Shown: piece by piece, positions 58,701 to 64,000 of the stretch
Layout of the letters: the number at the start of each line of letters is the position of its first letter
Numbering within the stretch: position 1 is the stretch's first letter
DNA from: Minisyncoccota bacterium
GTDB lineage: Bacteria > Patescibacteriota > Minisyncoccia > Phycocordibacterales > UBA12079
Reading direction: 5' to 3'
DNA length: 64,000 bases
Assembly (NCBI GenBank): GCA_023140255.1
Contig: JAGLLX010000001.1
Span: 27,861-91,860 of the forward strand
The notes under the pieces: generated by a model
Told to the model about the DNA's origin: nothing
Seen by the model: the letters and a program-made list of their open reading frames with translations, nothing else
Databases searched by the model: none
Made by a program: the position numbers and the translations under genes

Positions 58701-59594
58701 ATGAAAGGTTTAAAACAATTAAAAAATGAGTTTCTGGAATATCTAGAGATTGAAAAAGGGCGAAGTCTTAAAACTGTTGAGAATTATGATCGCTACTTAA
58801 GTCGTTTTTTGGGTTATCTAGAATCAGACTTCCCTTCTGCTATTACTGATGAAAAAATGAGAAAGTATCGTTTATGGTTAAATCGTCAACCAACTGGAAA
58901 TAATTCAGAAACATTAAAAAAGAGAACTCAGAATTATTATTTAATCGCTTTACGAGGTTTTTTAAAATATTTAGTCAAAAGAGAAATAAAATCTTTTGCT
59001 CCAGAAAAAATAGAACTAGCTAAAGTCGGAGAAAGGTCTTTAGATTTAATTTCGGCAGAAGAATTAAAAAGATTATTAAATATATCAAAAGGAAAAGATT
59101 TAAAAGATTTAAGAGACAAAGCTATTTTAGAATTACTCTATTCTACAGGATTAAGAGTTTCAGAATTATGTGCTTTAAATTCTGATATTGATTTAAGAAA
59201 AGATGAAATGTCAGTTCGCGGAAAAGGAGATAAGGTACGAGTGGTTTTCTTTTCTCATTCAGCCAAAAAAGCAATTAAAGAATATCTTGATGCAAGAAAA
59301 GATATGGACGAAGCTTTGTTTACTTCATTGAGTAAAGATAAAGCTAGTCGTTTAACTACAAGGTCTGTGGAGAGATTAGTTAAACAATTAGCCATTAAAG
59401 CTGGGATTACAAAGAAGGTTACTCCCCATATTATTAGGCATTCCTTCGCTACTGACTTGTTAGAGAATGGGGCTGATTTAAGATCAGTGCAAATGATGTT
59501 GGGTCATTCTGATATCTCTACTACTCAAATTTATACCCATATGACAGATAAACATTTAAAAGATATACATAAAAAATTTCATAATAAGAAATAA
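58701..59594 (+). CDS. XerC/XerD-family tyrosine recombinase
   Basis: RDKAILELLYSTGLRVSEL, VRGKGDKVR, TPHIIRHSFATDLL, LGHSDISTTQIYTH; catalytic R-K-H-R-H-Y intact. Confidence 0.95.
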   Translation: MKGLKQLKNEFLEYLEIEKGRSLKTVENYDRYLSRFLGYLESDFPSAITDEKMRKYRLWLNRQPTGNNSETLKKRTQNYYLIALRGFLKYLVKREIKSFAPEKIELAKVGERSLDLISAEELKRLLNISKGKDLKDLRDKAILELLYSTGLRVSELCALNSDIDLRKDEMSVRGKGDKVRVVFFSHSAKKAIKEYLDARKDMDEALFTSLSKDKASRLTTRSVERLVKQLAIKAGITKKVTPHIIRHSFATDLLENGADLRSVQMMLGHSDISTTQIYTHMTDKHLKDIHKKFHNKK

Positions 59595-59603
59595 TTGGTT
59601 AGG

Positions 59604-59997
59604 GTCATTGCGAGATTTTTATTTAATTCAAACAAAAATCATGGCAATCTAAAATATGATATATTCTAAAATTCCATGTGTCTATATACTTACAAATAAG
59701 AAAGATGGGGTCTTGTATACTGGAGTAACTAGTAATTTAGAAAAAAGAATTTTTGAACATAAAAATAAATTAGTTTCTGGTTTTAGTAAAAAATATAATT
59801 TACATATTTTAGTTTATTACGAACAAGGGGAAGATATGACAAGTGTTATTTATAGAGAAAAACAAATTAAATCTGGTTCAAGAGAAAAAAAGATCAAGTT
59901 AATTATAAAGATAAACCCAGAATGGAAAGATTTATCAAAAAACTTATTTATTTAGATTGCTTCGTCATTTCGCTATCGCTCTATTCCTCGCAATGAC
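59604..59997. mobile_element. REP-flanked GIY-YIG module
   Basis: GTCATTGCGAG..GGCAATCT (59604-59650) and inverted AGATTGC..CTCGCAATGAC (59954-59997) bracket the ORF. Confidence 0.7.
59656..59955 (+). CDS. GIY-YIG nuclease (YhbQ/UPF0213-like)
   Basis: VYILTN..LYTGVTSNLEKRIFEHK, LVYYE, REKQIK, NPEWKDL. Confidence 0.92.
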   Translation: MIYSKIPCVYILTNKKDGVLYTGVTSNLEKRIFEHKNKLVSGFSKKYNLHILVYYEQGEDMTSVIYREKQIKSGSREKKIKLIIKINPEWKDLSKNLFI

Positions 59998-60304
59998 GGT
60001 GACGGTTTGTTAGATTTAATATTAGCAGAGGTAGGTTAAAAATTTTAATAATGTTATAAAAGACATTTTTAAGTTATCCACATTGTGTCCTTTACAATGT
60101 CCTTTATATAAATTATCATAAAGGACAGTTAGTTCTTTGAAAATTTTAGATTTGTTTTTTGTTCTTTATAGATGTGTTTAAAAGGAAACCTCTGTTTTCT
60201 TTTGTAAAAGTGTTTGGCTCTCGTTCATTAATTTGTTCGGGGGCCTTTTTAATTCTAAAGAGATAGGTAATTTAAAAACAGACCATTAGGTCTGTTTTTT
60301 ATTT

Positions 60305-61780
60305 TTATTTAACATGATGTTTGTCTCTAATTTCCTTCAACTCTTTTTCTTCTTGAGCGGTTTTCTTTTCTATGCCTTTTTGACTTAATTGTATTAATTC
60401 TTTTTCTGATAATTTTATAAGTTCAAGAGTCTTTGTTTCTAGATATTCTTCGGTGTTTAGTTTAGGGTTATCTAAGACTTCTTCCATTAAAGCATTTAAA
60501 ACTAAGCCTATTTTAGGTCCTGGTTTTTCATTTATTATCTCCATAATACGATTCCCGTTTATTTTAAGCATTTTTACAGAAACAGGGTCTTTCATAGCTT
60601 CTTCTATCATAGCCATGTATTTTCTTAGTCTATAAGGCTTTTCTTTAGGTACACCCATTCCTATTCTATCGCAAGTTCTTAATTTCATTAAATCCCATAC
60701 GTTTTCAGGTCCTACATTAGCTATAATTCGTCTTACAGCTGATAAAGTAATCTGATCAATATCTGAAAAGAATAAGTGATTTCTTACTAATTTAGGAACA
60801 ACGTCTATTATTTTTCCAGAAAACTTTAATCTTTTTAATATTTCACGAGAAACTCTTTCGCCCACTACATCATGTCCGTAAAAAGTCCACTCCTTTTTTT
60901 CTTTATGCCATCTTTTTGTGTGTGGCTTGGCTATATCATGTAATAAAGCGGATAAACGAAGGTGTAAGGGCATTTCTTTGTCTGCTGAGTGCTGCAAGGT
61001 TCTTAAGTTGTGCTCCCAAATAGTATAAATATGGGCTCCTTTTTGTTTTTCATCCATTCCCATCTCTAATTCAGGCATAATATATTTCAAAAGTCCTAGT
61101 TTTTGGCTTAAAATAACACCGTCCATAGGGTTTTTAGACATTATAATCTTTGTAAATTCATCTCTAATTCTTTCTTGAGAGATATTTTCTAGGTTATTAG
61201 AAAATTTGATAATAGATTTTTGGGTTTCAATTTCTATTGAAAAATCTAATTCAGTAGCAAAACGCACAGCTCGTAGTATTCTTAAGGTATCTTCATTAAA
61301 TCTATCTTCAGAATTCCCTACTGTTTTTATGATTTTGTCTTTTAAGTCTTTTTGTCCGTTATATAAATCAACCAATGTTTCAGATGAAACATTATAAGCT
61401 ATCGCATTTATAGTAAAATCACGTCTTTTCAAGTCATCTTCTAGTTTATCGCTAAAAATAACAGTATCTGGGTGTCTTTCGTCAGAATAAGCACTTTCTA
61501 AACGATATGGGGTTACTTCTATTGTTTTGAGTGTTTCGTCTAATGTTTCATCTGAAACAATTCCTACTGTTCCAAAGGGGTTTTCATAAAAAGTATGCTC
61601 AAAAAGCTCTTGAATTTCTTCTGGTTTTGCATTTGTAGTAACATCCCAATCTTTCGGGGTTCTTTCTAAAAGAAGATCCCTCACACAACCACCAACTAAA
61701 TAAGCCTCGAAACCAGCTTTTTCGAGAGTTAATGTTACATGTGTAACTTCTTTTGGGATTTTTGTTTGTATATTTTCCAT
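60305..61780 (-). CDS. cca: CCA tRNA nucleotidyltransferase with HD domain
   Basis: YLVGGCVRD, DWDVTT, DDLKRRDFTINA, EDTLRILRAVRF, ERIRDE, LLHDIAK. Confidence 0.92.
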   Translation of the reverse strand: MENIQTKIPKEVTHVTLTLEKAGFEAYLVGGCVRDLLLERTPKDWDVTTNAKPEEIQELFEHTFYENPFGTVGIVSDETLDETLKTIEVTPYRLESAYSDERHPDTVIFSDKLEDDLKRRDFTINAIAYNVSSETLVDLYNGQKDLKDKIIKTVGNSEDRFNEDTLRILRAVRFATELDFSIEIETQKSIIKFSNNLENISQERIRDEFTKIIMSKNPMDGVILSQKLGLLKYIMPELEMGMDEKQKGAHIYTIWEHNLRTLQHSADKEMPLHLRLSALLHDIAKPHTKRWHKEKKEWTFYGHDVVGERVSREILKRLKFSGKIIDVVPKLVRNHLFFSDIDQITLSAVRRIIANVGPENVWDLMKLRTCDRIGMGVPKEKPYRLRKYMAMIEEAMKDPVSVKMLKINGNRIMEIINEKPGPKIGLVLNALMEEVLDNPKLNTEEYLETKTLELIKLSEKELIQLSQKGIEKKTAQEEKELKEIRDKHHVK

Positions 61781-61812
61781 AATATTAATGTTTCAGATGA
61801 AACTTTTTTGTG

Positions 61813-62038
61813 TAAATTTGTGTCCCCGGCAGTTCGGTCACAGGTTTCTAAATGAAATATTTCGCTATGGCTCATATTTCATTAAGAACCTTCGACCCCG
61901 TCTCATTATCGTTCCGTTTCTTTCGCTATCGCTCAGGAATACTCACGATATGCTCTGATTTTCGAATCCTGACGAAAGCAAAGAGATTTGCTTTCTCCGG
62001 AAACACAAATTTACTCCATAAATTTGTGTCCCCGGCAG
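61813..62038 (-). repeat. tRNA-Arg 3'-end direct repeat (20 bp) enclosing a structured ~185-bp element
   Basis: TAAATTTGTGTCCCCGGCAG at 61813-61832 and 62019-62038. Confidence 0.8.
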
Positions 62039-62098
62039 GATTCGAACCCGCAATAACGGTTCCGAAGACCGTTGTGATATCCATTTCACCACAGGGAC
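62027..62098 (-). tRNA. tRNA-Arg(TCG)
   Basis: GTCCCTGTGGTGAAATGGATATCAC-ACGGT-CTTCGGA-ACCGT..GGTTCGAATCCTGCCGGGGACA. Confidence 0.93.
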
Positions 62099-62197
62099 AT
62101 ATAAGTATATATTATACACTATTACCTTTTAAAACAAAGTTTTGTGTTTTTATTTAAATATGATAAAATAGTCATTGTTATATAAAATAAAAGTTCC

Positions 62198-62268
62198 GCG
62201 GGTATAGTTTAGTGGTAGAACAACTGCCTTCCAAGCAGTAAACGAGAGTTCGATTCTCTCTACCCGCA
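62198..62268 (+). tRNA. tRNA-Gly(TCC)
   Basis: GCGGGTATAGTTTAGTGGTAGAAC-ACTGC-CTTCCAA-GCAGT..AGTTCGATTCTCTCTACCCGCA. Confidence 0.95.
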
Positions 62269-62309
62269 CAAAATACTTAAAAATACCCAGAAAGATACAT
62301 AGTATTTTC

Positions 62310-62388
62310 GCAAGGTATTTTTAGTGGTAGAACAACTGCCTTCCAAGCAGTAAACGAGAGTTCGATTCTCTCTACCCGCACAAAATAC
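62310..62388 (+). pseudogene. Tandem partial duplicate of tRNA-Gly(TCC) with damaged 5' acceptor strand
   Basis: 62320-62388 is identical to 62208-62276; the 5' end reads GCAAGGTATT instead of GCGGGTATAG. Confidence 0.8.
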
Positions 62389-62471
62389 AAAAAACAAAAA
62401 ACAAAAAACAAGGCATTTGCCTTGTTTTTTGTTTAAATAATGTTTCATCTGAAACATTTAAGAACTTTAGC

Positions 62472-62502
62472 TGTGTATAATTGTGGATAAAACAGTGGAT
62501 AA
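62472..62502. promoter_or_regulatory. Three tandem DnaA boxes
   Basis: TGTGTATAA, TGTGGATAA, AGTGGATAA in the same orientation. Confidence 0.65.
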
Positions 62503-62914
62503 AATGATAACTTGACCTTTAAAATTTTAGTGTTTTTTATAAGATATTTGTCTTTTTTAGATTAAATATGGTTTGATTAAAGGGTTTATATAAAAGTCTT
62601 GTAAAAAGGACAGATAATTTAAAATGTAAAAAATTGTAAAATAATGCTTTATAAACAAAAAATAATCTATCTTTAGTTATTAAAGAAAAGTTACTAAAAA
62701 TCTTAAAATTGTTTATATTTATGATTTATTTGCATTAAATAAAGATATGTTACTAAGTAACATAGTGCTACTATATAATAAATTTAAGAAATAAATATAA
62801 AAGCAGTGCTTGGAGTGCTGATTTGTAGATTAGTGCTCTTCTCAAAGTCATTAGATCATTTATTATTTAAATTATATTTTATTAGATATTTTAATATTGG
62901 TGTATAATTAAAAT

Positions 62915-63376
62915 ATGACCAAAACTTACAAAAGAAAAATAGGAGATTATGGTGAAGAATTAGCTTCTAAATTTTTAAAAAGAAAAGGTTTAAAAATTCA
63001 AGATAGAAATTATTTAAAAAAATGGGGTGAAATAGATATCATAGCTGTTAAGAAAAAAGGGTTTTTATGGCGAGAAATAGAGAAATTACATTTTATAGAA
63101 GTAAAAACAGTTTCATGTGAAACTAGACAGGGAACTAATAAAGAAATAATAGATGATTATTTACTAAGTGATAATATCCATGGTTGGAAATTACAACGAT
63201 TAAAAAGAGTTTTTCAGACATATTTAAGAGATGAAGATGTTTCAGATGAAACAAATTGGCAATTTGATATAATAATCGTCTTTATAAATCTAAAGGACAT
63301 TTCTATAAAGGACACAAATAAGCAGTATTCAGGTAAAAATTATTATATTGAGTATATAGAAGATGTTATTGTTTAA
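62915..63376 (+). CDS. yraN: YraN-family (UPF0102) nuclease-like protein
   Basis: IGDYGEELASKFL..RNYLKKWGEIDIIA..FIEVKT. Confidence 0.9.
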   Translation: MTKTYKRKIGDYGEELASKFLKRKGLKIQDRNYLKKWGEIDIIAVKKKGFLWREIEKLHFIEVKTVSCETRQGTNKEIIDDYLLSDNIHGWKLQRLKRVFQTYLRDEDVSDETNWQFDIIIVFINLKDISIKDTNKQYSGKNYYIEYIEDVIV

Positions 63377-63468
63377 ATAACAACAGGTACTTGATTGTTT
63401 TTATAATTTAATGTATAGTATTCCACAGGTTATACGTTCTTTTAATATTTTAAAAGAGGTGAAGGAAG

Positions 63469-64000
63469 ATGAAAATGAGAAAGATTTTTACATTGGTTAT
63501 GGTGATGTTTATTCTTGGAATTTTTACAACCACAGTATTTGCCGGATCCCTGAAAACAGAGATGAATAACGTAAACTGGGTAAGGGCTGAACAAGGTATT
63601 CAGCTGAACGAAAGAGATTCAGAAATACCTAATGTAATGGATGACGTAACAGAAATAATTGTTTCTCCTATTGATGCTTGGTTTGGGTGGTGCCAAAGTA
63701 AGAGTGGGGAGTGTGAAATAAGTTTTTTCATTAATGAGGTTCCTGCTAGAGGTAATGTTTGTCTTATTGTTAATGGAGAACGAGTTTCGCAGATAACACC
63801 TACAAGGACTAAATCATTAAGAAGTAGTTTCAAGATTGTTCTTCATCAGGAAGTTCAAGGGGGTGTTATTGTTAGCGCTCCGGGGGAGTATAGTTTAGAA
63901 CTACAGGTTTGTGAAAGGGGGAAAAGAGAATGTTCATCGTATAAACAGACGATATTTATACCAAGTATTCAAGTTTATTTATCTTCTGTTTGTCAAAACA
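63469..64000 (+). CDS. Secreted hypothetical protein, partial (runs off window end; not in track)
   Basis: MKMRKIFTLVMVMFILGIFTTTVFA signal peptide, frame open to 64000; SD GAAGGAAG; leader has GTTCTTTTAA. Confidence 0.7.
   Translation, partial: MKMRKIFTLVMVMFILGIFTTTVFAGSLKTEMNNVNWVRAEQGIQLNERDSEIPNVMDDVTEIIVSPIDAWFGWCQSKSGECEISFFINEVPARGNVCLIVNGERVSQITPTRTKSLRSSFKIVLHQEVQGGVIVSAPGEYSLELQVCERGKRECSSYKQTIFIPSIQVYLSSVCQN

Larger units (their letters stand above)
60839..63253. promoter_or_regulatory. parS: Cluster of 8 parS-like palindromes
   Basis: 16-mers resembling TGTTTCACGTGAAACA at 60839, 61376, 61544, 61733, 61789, 62441, 63109 and 63238. Confidence 0.75.

Noticed and set aside
58701-59594. 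Canonical integron integrase IntI with attC sites
   Set aside because: No IntI-specific insertion before the HxxRH box, the sequence resembles housekeeping XerC/D, and the repeats lack RYYYAAC/GTTRRRY ends.
55724-59955. Intact prophage
   Set aside because: No structural, terminase, repressor or replication genes, although a phage origin of the small ORFs cannot be excluded.
6073-61397. Short overlapping track ORFs (e.g. 6073, 18910, 21538, 24460, 27642, 31151, 31796, 37828, 39020, 41098, 46377, 48285, 49061, 49922, 52531, 55716, 56436, 56681, 57758, 57850, 57960, 58937, 60453, 61206)
   Set aside because: Antisense or alternate-frame shadows of better-supported genes, with no motifs or initiation signals.
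61852-62457. ORFs 61852..62157 and 62260..62457
   Set aside because: Antisense translations of tRNA-Arg/tRNA-Gly and structured repeats.
62764-62837. CIRCE/HrcA operator
   Set aside because: Only same-strand AGTGCT half-sites; no TTAGCACTC-N9-GAGTGCTAA inverted repeat and no chaperone gene downstream.
63600-63833. 77-aa minus-strand ORF
   Set aside because: Shadow of the plus-strand signal-peptide ORF starting at 63469.
1-64000. Alternative genetic code (TGA=Gly as in Gracilibacteria/Absconditabacteria)
   Set aside because: Core genes are full length under code 11, and TGA acts as a stop in ATGA overlaps (e.g. 4252-4255).

Overview
AT-rich chromosomal window from a Patescibacteria (CPR, Parcubacteria-like) bacterium using the standard code 11. 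It spans the replication origin (dnaN-dnaA-rpmH/rnpA-yidC-jag), housekeeping genes (rplS, rpsT, rpsO, ruvABC, polA, holA, pcrA, pnp, cca, murE, PBP1A, pilB, comM), 8 intact tRNAs and the Patescibacteria-type T4SS-like cluster (PrgI, VirB4-like, VirB6-like, pilin). The most unusual element is at 55.4-58.7 kb: six small unrelated ORFs, driven by two tandem sigma70 promoters and separated by ~150-bp structured repeats (covarying hairpins + boxA-like GTTCTTTAAA + SD-adjacent hairpin). The array lies divergent from a Xer-family tyrosine recombinase with a dif-like site in its promoter, an integron-like layout without canonical attC/IntI. Other points: 8 variant parS-like palindromes (60.8-63.3 kb), a MITE-like element inserted at the start codons of two RNA methyltransferases, an inverted rpmH, an HNH gene overlapping tRNA-His, several tRNA-derived duplications, and leaderless-looking core genes versus SD-led orphan cassettes. 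All calls come from reading motifs by eye; no database searches were run.
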